In this document: positions 1 through 14,589 of the stretch, piece after piece
How the letters are laid out: every line of letters starts with the position of its first letter
How positions within the stretch are numbered: the stretch's first letter is position 1
Assembly: GCF_006345805.1 (NCBI RefSeq)
Contig: NC_043020.1
Span: 17,050,001 to 17,114,000, forward strand
DNA: 64,000 nucleotides
Reading direction: 5' to 3'
From: Octopus sinensis
Lineage: Eukaryota
Notes under the pieces: model-generated
Told to the model about the DNA's origin: nothing
What the model saw: only the letters and a program-made list of their open reading frames with translations
Database searches by the model: none
Position numbers and translations under genes: made by a program

Positions 1-1017
1 TTGTTCGTTGGTTTATTAACGTATTGGAACATCACACCAGACACTTGTTCATTTGGGATTTCTAGGCTTTTAGTTTGACTGTCATTCATGCTGGTCACTA
101 ATCTTTGATCTCAGCAGTAATTTTTTTGTTTTTTGTTTTGTTTTGTTGCTGTTGTTGTTATTGTTTCTTTGTTTTTGTTTTCGTTTTGCTGTTGTTGTTA
201 TTGTTTGTTTTTTTCATATGACTTCAATCAGTTTCAGTGTTCTATAAAAGTTGTTATTGATTTATATATTGATCAATTTATCAATCTCTCCCATCCTCTC
301 TCCCTCATTTTCCTCCCCCTCTTTTTCTCTGCCTCTCTCTCTTTCCCTCTCTCTCTCTCTCTCTCTCTCTGCCTTATCATCTATCTTTCAATTTGATTAT
401 GTTTATCTAACAATCTGTTTCTTTGTGATTTTAACTCTTTTGCCCATAAAATTAACCCTATCCTTCTCTAGTATATAAATATAAATATGTAATTGCCTTT
501 TGGACATAAAATTTTTTTATATACAGCAGTAATAACTTTTTTCCTGGTGATGCCTTCTCTGTATGTTGTGAAAACACAATTTTTTCCCCCTCAAATAAAT
601 TGCACTTCATATTCAAGGCTCTGACGAGGCTATAGGATGTTATTCAGGAACTCAACTATGAGTCCACTGCATCTCATAGCAGAAATAGCTGTAAGCTTAT
701 GAAGTTCATAACATAGCCATCAATTTCCCTGTATCATCTCTTTTTCTTCTATACATACATACATACATACATATATACATACATACATAATACATACATA
801 CATATATAAATGCATACATACATACATACATTAAATCACTAAAGTTAAAGTCTGGTCATAAAGTGTCCAATGGTTTCGCATCCATGAAAGCTGCAGCCTT
901 GTGGACAGCTAATCAGATTATACAAAGACAAGTTTAACTCTTCACCTCTCAGAGGTGAAAAAATGTTATGGTCAATTGATCAAATGGCCATCAGAGAAAG
1001 AAAGTATATATATATAT

Positions 1018-1238
1018 ATCATCATCGTTTAACATCTGCTTTCCATGCTAGCATGGGTTGGACGGTTCAACTGGGGTCTGGGAAGCCCGAAGGCTGCACC
1101 AGGCCAGTCAGATCTGGCAGTGTTTCTACAGCTGGATGCCCTTCCTAACGTCAACCACTCCGCGAGTGTAGTGGGTGCTTTTTACGTGCCACCTGCACAG
1201 GTGCCAGAGGGGTCTGGCTTCGGCCACGATCGGTTGTA
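1018..1238 (-). mobile_element. 3'-terminal fragment of the RTE-LINE family (or SINE sharing its tail), ending in a (GAT)n tail
   Basis: Near-identical to 2080-2290, the terminus of the RTE element; tail reads ...catggaaagcagatgttaaacgatgatga on the minus strand. Confidence 0.85.
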
Positions 1239-1266
1239 GCTTTTTATGTATATATATATATATATA

Positions 1267-1655
1267 TACTCTTTTACTCTTTTACTTGTTTCAGTCATTT
1301 CACTGCGGCCATGCTGGAGTACCGCCTTTTAATTGAGCAACTCGACCCCGGGTCTTATTCTTTTGTAAGCCAAGTACTTATTCTATCGGTCTCTTTTGCC
1401 GAACCGCTAAGTAACGGGGACATAAACACACCAGCATCGGTTGTCAAGCAATGCTAGGGGGACAAACACAGACACACAAACACACACATGCATATATATA
1501 TATATATATACATATATACGACGGGCTTCTTTCACAATGCTTTGGTTGGTCCAAGGCTATAGTAGAAGACACTTGCCCAGGGTGCCACGCAGTGGGACTG
1601 AACCCGGAACCATGTGGTTGGTAAACAAGCTACTTACCACACAGCCACTCCTGCG

Positions 1656-1658
<3 letters not shown>
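1267..1658 (-). mobile_element. SINE family A (tRNA-like head, CORE-like ttgggcaagtgtctt block, internal (TA/CA)n, (AAAAGAGT)n tail); small internal deletion
   Basis: Matches many other copies in the window; A-box-like TGGCTGTGTGG and B-box-like GGTTCAGTCC on the minus strand. Confidence 0.9.
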
Positions 1659-1707
<49 letters not shown>

Positions 1708-1742
1708 TGGAGTTGAACGAAGATGTTATTAAAATTCTTTTA

Positions 1743-1825
1743 CTTTCGACATATGTTTCGAAGACAACATTGGTTTTATTCTAAAGGAATAAATGATGTA
1801 AAATGTAATCTTCTCATCAGGAAAG
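1743..1825 (-). ncRNA. Minimal type-I hammerhead ribozyme motif with canonical core (Penelope-like/retrozyme-derived)
   Basis: Minus strand: CUUUC-CUGAUGA-GAAGA-(44 nt)-UCUUC-GAAA-CAUAUG-UC-GAAAG; stem I 5 bp, stem II 5 bp, palindromic ACAUAUGU stem III, GUC cleavage triplet. Confidence 0.8.
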
Positions 1826-2239
1826 AAAGAGAGCCTATTTCAACAACAAGACATTATAGCAATTACGATGACTGCCTAAATGATAAACAGAACGTTATTA
1901 AGTATTTAAAAAACCGTTAGTAGATTTGACGTCAAAGGCAGATACTAGGAAGAAATAATAAGTAGAGAACTAATAAAGAGGAATACATTGGTTGAAAAAA
2001 ATGTTCAGTCTTAGAAGTAGATTTCTCTATTGAAGTATATATATATGTACTTATATGTGTTTATATATATATATATATATATCATCATCATCCTCATTTA
2101 ACGTCCGCTTTCCATGCTAGCATGGGTTGGACGGTTCAACTGGAGTCTGGGGAGCCCGAAGGCTGCACCAGGCCAGTCAGATCTGGCAGTGTTTCTACAG
2201 CTGGATGCCCTTCCTAATGCCAACCACTCCGAGAGTGTA

Positions 2240-2988
2240 GTGGGTGATTTTATGTGCCACCGACACAGGTGCCAGACGAGGCTGGTGAACGGCCACGCTC
2301 GGATGGTGTTTTTTATGTGCCACCGACACAGGTGCCAGACGAGGCTGGCAGACGGCCACGCTCGGATGGTGTTTTTATGTGCCACCGACACAAGTGCCAG
2401 ATGAGGCTGGCGAACGGCCACGATCGGATGGTGCTTGTTACGTGCCCACAGCACGGAGGCCAGTCGATGCGGTACTGGCTACAGCCACGTTCGGATGGTT
2501 TTCTTGTGTGCCACCGGCACTGGTACCACAAAGATACAAATTCCATTGATGTTCATCTATTTTGATTTGGTTTGATTTTCACTTGCCTCAACAGGTCTTC
2601 ACAACTGTCACACACTTGCCTCAACAGGTCTTCACAAGTGTCACATACTTGCCTCAACAGGTCTTCACAAGTGTCATAAGAAGGAAGGTATGCACAGGTG
2701 GACTGACTACGTCCCAGGTAGGGGCCACGGGTTATGGCCTGACTAGTCTTGCCGGGTCTTTGGATGGTGTTTTTATGTGCCACCAACACAGGTGCCAGAT
2801 GAGGCTGGCGAACGGCCACGATCGGATGGTGTTTGTTACGTGCCCACAGCACGAAGGCCAGTCGATGTGGTACTGGCTACCGCCACGTTCAGATGGTTTT
2901 CTTGTGTGCCACCGGCATTGGTACCACAAAGATACAAATTCCATTGATGTTCATCTATTTTGATTTGTTTTGATTTGATTTGATTATA

Positions 2989-3023
<35 letters not shown>

Positions 3024-4600
3024 CACTTGCCTCAACAGGCCTTCACAAGTGTCATTTGATTTGATTAGCACTTGCCTCAACAGGTCTTCACAAGTGTCAT
3101 AAGAAGGAAGGTATGCACAGGTGGACTGACTACGTCCCAGGAAAGGGCCACGGGCTATGGCCTGACTAGTCTTGCCGGGTCTTCGGACAGGTGCCAGATG
3201 AGTCTGGCGAACGGCCACGATCGGATGGCGTTTGTTATGTGCCCACAGCACAGAGGCCAGTCGATGCGGTACTGGCTACAGCCATGTTCGGATGGTTTTC
3301 TTGTGTGCCACCGGCACTGGTACCACAGAGATACAGATTCCATTGATGTTCATCTATTTTGATTTGTTTTGATTTTTTGATTTGTTGATTTTCACTTGCC
3401 TCAACAGGTCTTCACAAGTGTCACAAGAAGGAAGGTATGCACAGGTGGACTGACTACGTCCCAGGTAGGGGCCACCACGATCGGATGGTGTTTGTGTTGT
3501 GTCCACATCACAGAGGCCAGTCGATGCGGTACTGGCTACGGCCACGTTCGGATGGTTTTCTTGTGTGCCACCGGTACTGGTACCACAAAGATACAAATTC
3601 CATTGATGTTCATCTATTTTGATTTGGTTTGATTTTCACTTGCCTCAACAGGTCTTCACAAGTGTCACACACTTGCCTCTGCCTCAACAGGTCTTCACAA
3701 AGTGTCACACACTTGCCTCTGCATCAACAGGTCTTCACAAGTGTCACACACTTGCCTCAACAGGTCTTCACAAGTGTCATAAGAAGGAAGGTATGCACAG
3801 GTGGACTGACTACGTCGCCGGGTCTTCGGATGGTGTTTTTATGTGCCACCGACACAGGTGCCAGATGAGGCTGGCGAACGGCCATGATCGGATGGTGTTT
3901 GTTGTGCCCACAGCACGGAGGCCAGTCGATGCGGTACTGGCTACGGCCACGTTCGGATGGTTTTCTTGTGTGCCACCGGTACTGGTACCACAAAGATACA
4001 AATTCCATTGATGTTCATCTATTTTGATTTGGTTTGATTTTGATTTTCACTTGCCTCAACAGATCTTCACAAGTGTCACACACTTGCCTCAACAGGTCTT
4101 CACAAGTGTCACACACTTGCCTCTGCCTCAACAGGTCTTCACAAAGTGTCACACACTTGCCTCTGCCTCAACAGGTCTTCACAAGTGTCACACACTTGCC
4201 TCAACAGGTCTTCACAAGTGTCATAAGAGGGAAGGTATGCACAGGTGGACTGACTACGTCTCCGGGTCTTCGGATGGTGTTTTTATGTGCCACCGACACA
4301 GGTGCCAGATGAGGCTGGCGAATGGCCATGATCGGATGGTGTTTGTTGTGCCCACAGCACGGAGGCCAGTCGATGCGGTACTGGCTACGGCCACGTTCGG
4401 GTGGTTTTCTTGTGTGCCACCGGCACTGGTACCACAAAGATACAATTCCATCGATGTTCATCTATTTTGATTTGTTTTGATTTGATTTTCACTTGCCTCA
4501 ACAGGTCTTCATAAGTGTCACAAGAAGGAAGGTATGCACAGGTGGACTGACTACGTCCCAGGTAGGGGCCACGGGTTATGGCCTGACTAGTCTTGCCGGG
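2240..4600. repeat. Six-copy tandem array (260-443 bp units) with nested 31-bp and ~50-bp subrepeats, inside the RTE 3' UTR
   Basis: Anchor gttcatctat at 2551, 2949, 3348, 3608, 4013, 4456; subrepeat cacttgcctcaacaggtcttcacaagtgtca occurs 1-4 times per unit. Confidence 0.95.
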
Positions 4601-6606
4601 TCTTCTCACGCACAGCATACTTCCATAGGTCTCGGTCTCTAGACATTTCCTTAGTGAGACCTAAAGTTCGAAGGTCGTGCTTCACCACCTCGTCCCAGGT
4701 TTTCCTGGGTCTACCTCTTCCACAGGTTCCCTCAACTGCTAGGGTGTAGCACTTTTGCACACAACTATCTTCAGCCTTTCTCGTCACATGACCATACCAG
4801 CGCAGCCGTCTCTCTTGCACACCACAACTGACGCTTCTTAGGTTCAACTTTTCTCTCAAGAACTTACACTCTGACGATTATGAACACTGACATTACACAT
4901 CCATCGGAGCATACTGGCTTCATTTCTTGCGAGCTTACGCATATCCTCAGCAGTCACGGCCCATGTTTCACTACCATGTAGCATGGCTGTACGTACACAT
5001 GCATCATACAGTCTGCCTTTTACTCTGAGCGAGAGGCCTTTTGTCACCAGCAGGGGTAAGAGCTCTCTAAACTTTGCCCAGGCTATTCTTACTCTAGCAG
5101 TTACACTTTCAGCACACCCACCCCCGCTACTGACTTGGTCTCCTAGGTAGCGGAAGCTATCAACTACTTCTAGTTTGTCTTCTTGGAACGTGGCAGAAGT
5201 TGGTCTCTGCACATTTCCAGTGTTTATTGCTCCTGAGCATTTGCCACAGACAAAAACTATTTTCCTAGTTAGCCTTCCTTTGACATTGCTGCACCTCTTA
5301 TGTGTCCATAGCTTACACTTGGTGCATCTTATAGAGTTTCTACCTACACCTTTTTTACAGATCGAGCAGGGCCATCTACCTGAAGGCGTTTGTGATTGAT
5401 CTACCTTCCTACTTATTAGGACTTTGGTTTTGGCTAGGTTGATTCTAAGGCCCTTCGATTCTAATCCTTGTTTCCACACCTGAAACTTCTCCTCCAGTTC
5501 CTTATAGTGACTCAGCAATTAGAGCAAGGTCATCAGCATAGAGGAGCTCCCAGGGGCATCCTGTCTTGAATTCCTCCGTTATTGCCTGGAGGACTATGAT
5601 AAATAGGAGGGGACTGAGGACTGAACCTTGGTGGACCCCAACCTCTACCCGGAATTTTTCACTGTACTCGTTGCCAACCCTCACCTTACTAGCAGCGTCT
5701 CTGTACATGGCTTGCACAGCTCTCACCAACCATTCATCTATCCCTAGTTTCCTCATTGACCACCAGATAAGGGATCGGGGGACCCTGTCAAAGGCTTTCT
5801 CCAAGTCAACAAAAACCAGGTACAAGGGCTTATCTTTGGCTAGGTATTTCTCCTGCAGCTGTCTTACCAGGAATATAGCATCAGTAGTACTTTTCCCTGG
5901 TACGAACCCAAACTGCATATCATCTAAGCTAACTCTCTCTCTAATTAGTTGGGCTATAACCCTCTCCGTAACCTTCATTACCTGATCCAGCAGCTTGATG
6001 CCCCTGTAGTTATTTGTCTCTAGGGCATCGCCTTTACCTTTGTAGCAGTTGACTATTATGCTGCTACACCAGTCATTGGGTATGACCCCCTCGTGTATCA
6101 CCTGGTTAACTATACGGGTGACTAAGCTATAGCCGACACCACCAGATATTTTGAGCATCTCTGCAGTAATTCCTGATGGGCCTGGGGCTTTCCCTGTTTT
6201 CATGCTTCTAATTGCCTTATCTACTAAGGAACTGTTAACTCGGATTGCTGGTCCCTCTGTTGGGTTGACATTCGGCAGACTCTCTTTATCCCATTCATTT
6301 TCTTCATTCAGCAACCTATCATAGTGGCGTCTCCAACCTCTCTCTTTGCATCCTCATTAAGCGCAAGTGAACCGTCATCCTTGCGAACACATTTCTCTCC
6401 TACCACGTCACGATTCTCTCTCACACACTGTCTTGCAACACGAAATACCTCAAGTCTTTCATCCTCACGGCGCAGGACATTGGCAAATTTTTCCTTATCT
6501 GCCTCCCCTCTGGCTAGATAGACCTGTCTCCTGGCTTCCCTTCTGGCAGACTGATACACTTCCCTGCTACCACCGTTCTTCCAGGCCTTCCAAGCCTGTT
6601 TCTTTT
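4587..6606 (-). pseudogene. RTE reverse transcriptase ORF with three single-base frameshifts (~6334, ~5503, ~4858); endonuclease domain missing
   Basis: ORF-track segments 6308-6559, 5502-6314, 4856-5518 and 4587-4859 join into one protein ending ...AVREKTRQD*; includes a CxxC...CxxC...HxxC...CxxC finger. Confidence 0.9.
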
Positions 6607-6928
6607 TACTTATATATATATATATTCATCTTTTTGTGTTACTATTTGTATCTGTTTCCCACTGCCTAAACACAGTAGGGCCATAAATTAGGTCTCTCCA
6701 CAATATATATCATAAATATCCTCATCATTTGATTCCAGACAATTGTCTAGTTATCTATTTAATAGATCTTTTCACCTTCAGTTGTCACAGACTAATGCCA
6801 TTGTATGGTCAAATACATCTTCCATTGGATGAATTTTGGTTATAATGATTCTGCCTGTACTGGCTGACCCACTGCCAGCATACAACTAGATGAGCTATTT
6901 TGCTATATGCAGCACTGCCCATTTTATC

Positions 6929-7015
6929 TTCTTCTTCTTCTTCTTCTTCTTCTTCTTCTTCTTCTTCTTCTTCTTCTTCTTCTCCTCCTCCTCTCCTCCT
7001 CCTCCTCCTCCTCCT
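6929..7015. repeat. (CTT)n/(CCT)n microsatellite
   Basis: Direct read. Confidence 0.95.
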
Positions 7016-7438
7016 TCCCTGCTTCTACTTCAATTTCATTTTCTTCTGATCGCTCTCCTCCCCCTCCTTCTCTTTCTCCCTCCCATCATTATCACCCTCT
7101 TGATTCCTGAACCCCAATATATTCATCCACATACATGCTTTTAAATCTTTTCTATTTTCCTAACAACAAGGTCTGAAGTATGTACAATGTAATAACACAC
7201 CTTTTGTGCAAGTCTGAAACAGTGCCTCACCAATGTCTAAAACCACAAATATTATATGATATTTCTTTTAGGATTTTCACGTAAACTAGCATTACAAATG
7301 GAGTTGGTACAGAATAAGTAAAGATGTAATCTTTAACAGAGATTATATCTGTTATCAAACATATTTAAAACCACATGGTACTTTTTTAGTAATATATCAA
7401 AGAGAAATGTATTAGGGGTCCTATCCACAAGACTAATA

Positions 7439-7478
<40 letters not shown>

Positions 7479-7494
7479 TATATATATATTGAAA

Positions 7495-7625
7495 GGCACA
7501 CTTCGCAACCGTGTAGTTCTGAGTTCAGTCCCAGTGCACACCATCTTAGGTAAATGTCATTTAGCTGCAGCCCTGGGCCAAAAAAGCCTTGTGAATGAAT
7601 TTGTTTGATAGACACTGAAAAAAAA
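7495..7625 (+). mobile_element. Degenerate SINE A 5' half
   Basis: gagttcagtcccagtgc...ggtaaatgtc...aagccttgtgaatgaatttg resembles the family A head. Confidence 0.65.
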
Positions 7626-7659
7626 CAAAAACATATCACATGACTTTTCATCTCCCTTT

Positions 7660-8225
7660 GATGGTCTGATTTACATGAAACTTATTTTATTCCATTTGTA
7701 TTCACATTTCAATGGTGCCTTACTTTCAAGATATTTTCCCATTGTGAGCTGGTTTGGGCTGTATTAGATTACAGACAAGAACACGTGCAAGCAAGCACAC
7801 AAGCAGGCAATCATAAAAGTACCCCCAAAACATCACGTATCTCAGGAACCTGTGGTCTGATTTACGCGAAACTTGTCTTATTCCATTTGTATTCCCATTT
7901 CAGGAGCACCTTTCTTTCAGAGTGTTTTCCTATTATGCACTGGTTTGGTTGTAATAAATTACAGAAAACACACATGCAAGTAAGCATGCAAACAAAACTA
8001 TCCAGGTGTTCACAGTAAAGGGCAATTAACTCCAGGTTTGGAAACAAACCCCCAAAAAATGCACATCTTGGGAATCTGTGGTCTGATTTACACGAAACTT
8101 GTTTTATTCTATTTGCATTCACGTTTCAGTGGTACCTTACTTTCAGAGTATTTTCCCATTATGTGCCAGTTTTTCTATATTAAATTACAGAGTAGCATGC
8201 AAGCAAGCAAGCAATCACAGACTTT
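7660..8225. repeat. Three diverged tandem units of ~190-230 bp
   Basis: Anchor ggtctgatttac at ~7662, ~7854, ~8081 with shared downstream ttattccatttgtattc...tttcagag...ttttcc..att. Confidence 0.8.
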
Positions 8226-8299
8226 TAGCATTATATAATGTTGTACATATTTTATAAAGTATCATTTCTTTCCCTTTATTTCAGTAATTTTGAATAAAT

Positions 8300-8700
8300 A
8301 TGGCCATGCAATTAACGAAGGAACAAAGAGTTAAAGCTGTTCAACTTTATTACCAAAATAATGACAATGGAACTAAAGCTGCTTGTTTGTTATCAGCAGA
8401 ATTTAACACTCATCAAGTTCAGAGCTGAAATATCACCAGCTTAATTAGAAAATTTGAAAGAACACGAAGCATAAGTGATGCCGCAAGGTCAGGAAGGCCA
8501 GTTTCTGCAACGAGTTTTGAAAAGTCAGATGAAGTAAAAGAATCATTGTTGAACACTCCTCAAAAATCTAGGGAATAGCTTTCTTCAGAGTTGAAAATGT
8601 TTGTAGACTCTTAAAGAAGCTTAAGATGAGATGTTATATATCTCACTTGTTAAAAAGCTTGCATGATGGAGATGCAGATTGGTGATCAGGGGTTTGTGAA
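8300..8700 (+). mobile_element. IS630-Tc1-mariner transposase N-terminal (HTH) remnant with stops
   Basis: Manual translation MAMQLTKEQRVKAVQLYY...NITSLIRKFERTRSISDAARSGRPVSA...PQKS; KF..T.S..D..RSGRP is typical of this superfamily. Confidence 0.75.
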
Positions 8701-8823
8701 ACTTTTCTCTTGGGCAAGTGTCTTCTACCATAGCCAACCAAAACCTTGTGAGTAGAAGACAATGTGACAATAATAAAGATATGTTATGACAAAAGCAAGG
8801 ATAATTTTTGACTTCCCCTTGTA

Positions 8824-9086
8824 AAGGGGTAAAGACCCCCTTCGGTCATGAATGACCATGGGATTGCACCTAGAAAGTTATCCTCCTAGACACAAGTCCG
8901 GGCAAGGTTGTTTATGGAAGGCCAGCAGTCGCCCATGCATACCAGCCTCCCCTCTCCACGCCACCAGTGTTATCCAAGGGAAAGACAAAGGTCGATACAG
9001 CTTGGCACCAGTGACGTCGCAGCTCATTTCTACAGCTGAGTGAACTGGAGCAACGTGAAATAAAGTGCCTTGCTCGAGAACACAAC
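8824..9086 (-). mobile_element. SINE family C, 5'-truncated, with 13-bp TSD
   Basis: TSD acttccccttgta at 8811-8823 and 9087-9099; body shared with 19831-20095. Confidence 0.85.
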
Positions 9087-9095
9087 ACTTCCCCT

Positions 9096-9130
<35 letters not shown>

Positions 9131-9134
<4 letters not shown>

Positions 9135-9385
9135 CATGGACTAGTGGTTAAAGTGTTGTGGTATTGTGCTCACAATCACAAGATTGTGGTTTCAATTCCT
9201 AGACTAGGTGGTGCATTGTCTCATATTGCTCTGCAATCACTTCAACACCTGACACATGGCACACCATGCACCTGTTCAGGCAACGTCGATTTGATGGAGG
9301 GTGTGAGCTGAGGTACAGCATGAATATTTGATCAGTATAAACAAACCATTTGAGCAGGTCGTTCAGCCAAAAAGCTGAACACTCA
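9131..9385 (+). mobile_element. tRNA-headed SINE, C-like head with a different 3' half (C2)
   Basis: gcatggactagtggtt...ggtttcaattcc head; 3' half matches the reverse complement of 40895-41137. Confidence 0.7.
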
Positions 9386-9427
9386 TATATTGTCTTTGAT
9401 GAGAGAGTCCATCATACACACATACAT

Positions 9428-9477
<50 letters not shown>

Positions 9478-9696
9478 ATACACATTCAGATATACATATA
9501 CATTTGTACATATATATATATGTTAAACAATGTGTACAGTATTATATATCCATCAGAGCCGATCTTACCAATCAGTTTCACATTAAGGATTTGACAGAGT
9601 GTTAGATAACAACCCGATTATATAAACCTGTGCTCTTCAGAGATGGCAGTTATGGAATATATGTATATATATATATATATAGGATCTCATAACACA

Positions 9697-9733
<37 letters not shown>

Positions 9734-9929
9734 GATAATAAACTTCGAAGTCCTCTGTAGGAATTTGTTGCTCTATAACTCACGTGGGTGGACATGGGAA
9801 GGTACAGAGCCTCATTCATATGTTTTGAATTCGTTAATACTGGATGTCGGGAATGGTTCGTCTGAGGTTACTCAAATCAGATGTGTATGTTTGATTTTTA
9901 GTGCTCTCAAATTTAAATTTAATGAAATA

Positions 9930-10010
9930 TTGTGCTGATGAAAGGAATGTTTGTATAGGGATATATTTCTAGCATCTCTATACCTAACTAACCCCGAAAC
10001 GCGTTCACAA
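9930..10010 (+). ncRNA. Minimal type-I hammerhead ribozyme motif with canonical core and long stem II
   Basis: UUGUG-CUGAUGA-AA-GG...gtatagggat/atctctatac 10-bp stem...CC-GAAA-CGCG-UU-CACAA; palindromic ACGCGU. Confidence 0.7.
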
Positions 10011-10451
10011 GTAATCTAATTTTCGAGTGAACTTTCATTATTTTTCCCTCCATGCCTACGTGAATTGTTTTTGAGTATACATTGTCTGGGAGACTCTTCT
10101 TATAGTAGAGGAAATGGCTAAATTTTTTGGCTGCTATTTCTGAAAGTTCGGTGTGTGGTAAAGCAATTTTTTTTTTTTGCTGAACCCTAAATTATATAAA
10201 GTATATATATTTATATATATGTATATATAATGATCAATAGATATAGATCTATCATCTATTGTTTTCACGCCCTTGTTCACTACTTCTGTCCAACTTGTCT
10301 ACCTTTACAGTACAATTATAGCACTCTTAAAATGTTATCATTCAAAAATTGGCCTTCTTTTATTCTGCCAAACACAACTCAGTTTAGAGATGAATATTAA
10401 GATAACAACAAAATATGGTTTTGGGGAGATGGCATATATTTTCAAACAAAA

Positions 10452-10694
10452 GGTGGCAAGCTGGCAGAATCGTTAGCACGCTGGACGAAATGTTTAGTGA
10501 TATTTCACCCATCACTACATTCTGAGTTCAAATTCTGCCAAGGTCAACTTTGCCTTTCATCCTTTTGGGGTTGATAAATTAAGTACCAGTGAAACACTGG
10601 GGTCAATAAATTAAGTACCAGTGAAACACTGGGGTTGATGTAATTGACTAGTTTCCTCCCTGAAATTTTAGGCCTTGTTCCTATAGTAGAAAGG
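10452..10694 (+). mobile_element. SINE family B (B2 tail) with 18-bp TSD and internal ~31-bp duplication
   Basis: TSD atatattttcaaacaaaa at 10434-10451 and 10695-10712; ataaattaagtaccagtgaaacactggggt occurs twice. Confidence 0.9.
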
Positions 10695-12000
10695 ATATAT
10701 TTTCAAACAAAATATTAATATTTTCTTCAAAACAAAATAATTTTCAAATGTTTCTAAGTCCTTAGCTTTATATCAAGCATGACATGCATTGTTCTCAAGA
10801 TGGTTTGATTGTAAAGAAGTCTTAATTACTCCAGAAGCCTTGTTATGGATCCAAAATAAAAACATTGTCTTTCCACCAAAATCTGTAACCTTATTTTGAG
10901 TTGTATGAATTGTCTGACAATAGCAAATATTCAGAAGCAGAATAGAGAGAGAGAGAAAGGGAGAAAGAGAGAGAGAGAGAGAGAGAGAGTGAGAGAGAGA
11001 GAGATAAACAGACAGGGGTGTATTTGAGGCTGGGGTGGAGAAACAGAATTTCTGTTGGTAGGGAGAGGTGGAATGGAAAGAAAGAGTTTTTTTTTTTTTA
11101 TTTTAGAAAAAAAAAAAAATAAGGGACATCAAGGGAAAGCAGAATAAATGAATAAATCAGAAATGTAGAGTGAAAGAAGGAAGGACAGGGTGTACAGACA
11201 GAGTGACAGACAATGGCTGGTGTGAGGTGTGGGGTGAGGAGGGAGGTGGGGTGGGGGTGGGGGTGAAGAAATAGAAGGAAGAAATCTGAGAATATAAATG
11301 GAATCTACAGAAAAATTATATGATTTCAGAAATAACTTGTCCAGTTGAAGACAAAAGGAGACTTTGAGTAATAAATTATGTTAATTTATTTCCCTTCAAT
11401 CTGCCTAACTCTCTATCAGTCAGTCAGTCAGTCTGCCTGTCTGTCTGTATGTCTATCTTTCTCTCTCTCTTTCTCCTTTCATGTCTATTTCTTCTTATTG
11501 TTTCAACCCTAAGTCATCCCCAGTCGACCAGAACCTATGATCGAAAGCAGTCCAGCCACGACCATCACGTATGACTCACAAGCGCTACACACCCCAGAAC
11601 CATGTCATCCAATGTGTTCTTCAAGGCAGCAGGGTGTAACATGAGAGTCGATCTGGTTGTAATTCCTAACAAGTCAAGCAATGACTTAAAGCCCCCACCC
11701 CCACCCCACGCTCCCTTCATTGTTTATATATGTATATATATGTAGGTGTGTTTTTCACATTATTTTTATCTTTGTGCGTGTATCTGGGGAAATATATCTG
11801 AGCACATGTTCCTGTATGAGAGGGGATGGCAAGTTAGTTTCTTTAAATGCATATCTTTTCATCTGTTTTCACATATCTGTGTCCCTCTCTGTCTATATGT
11901 TTGTCTACCTATCTATCTATCCATCTATCAATCTATCGATCTATCTATCTGTCTGTCTGTCTGTCTCTCCCTCTCTCTCTCTCTCTCTATATATATATAT

Positions 12001-12047
<47 letters not shown>

Positions 12048-12248
12048 ATCTATCTATCTATCTAACTATCTATTTGTCTCTCTGTCTGCCTGCCTGTCTG
12101 TCAGTCAGTCTGTCTGTCTGTCTATCTATTTATGGTTCTATCTATATATCTATCTTTCTCTTCATTTATCTCTCTATCAATCTGTGTCTTCCTATCTATC
12201 TATCCATCTATCAATCTACCTATCTATCTATCGATCTATCTATCTGTC

Positions 12249-14356
<2,108 letters not shown>

Positions 14357-14589
14357 ATATGTATATGTATATATATATGTCTCAGTCAATTTCTTTATTA
14401 ACCATGAGGTTGAGAAAAAGAGGGGACGATCCGAGGACAGAGAAAACAAACATTGGGGTCAGGGTATCGAATGAGACGAAACATATGAATAGACAAACAA
14501 TTAAATTATTGTCTCTCTAAGTACCTATATACACTAACATATATGAATGCCCATTCATATGTGTCTGTCTGTGCATATGTGTGTGTGTG

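Larger units (their letters stand above)
2080..6610 (-). mobile_element. 5'-truncated RTE-clade LINE: RT-containing ORF remnant, ~2.5-kb tandemly expanded 3' UTR and (GAT)n tail, inserted in (TA)n
   Basis: ORF pieces with KAPGPSGI, NYRGIKLL, FVDLEKAFDRVP, GVHQGSVLSP, YADD, FRYLG, YGSETW-type and RGRPRKTW motifs; continuous with the repeat array and tail. Confidence 0.95.

Noticed and set aside
2560-4500. CRISPR-like look of the 31-bp repeat cacttgcctcaacaggtcttcacaagtgtca
   Set aside because: No unique spacers, eukaryotic context, embedded in a LINE 3' UTR, no cas genes
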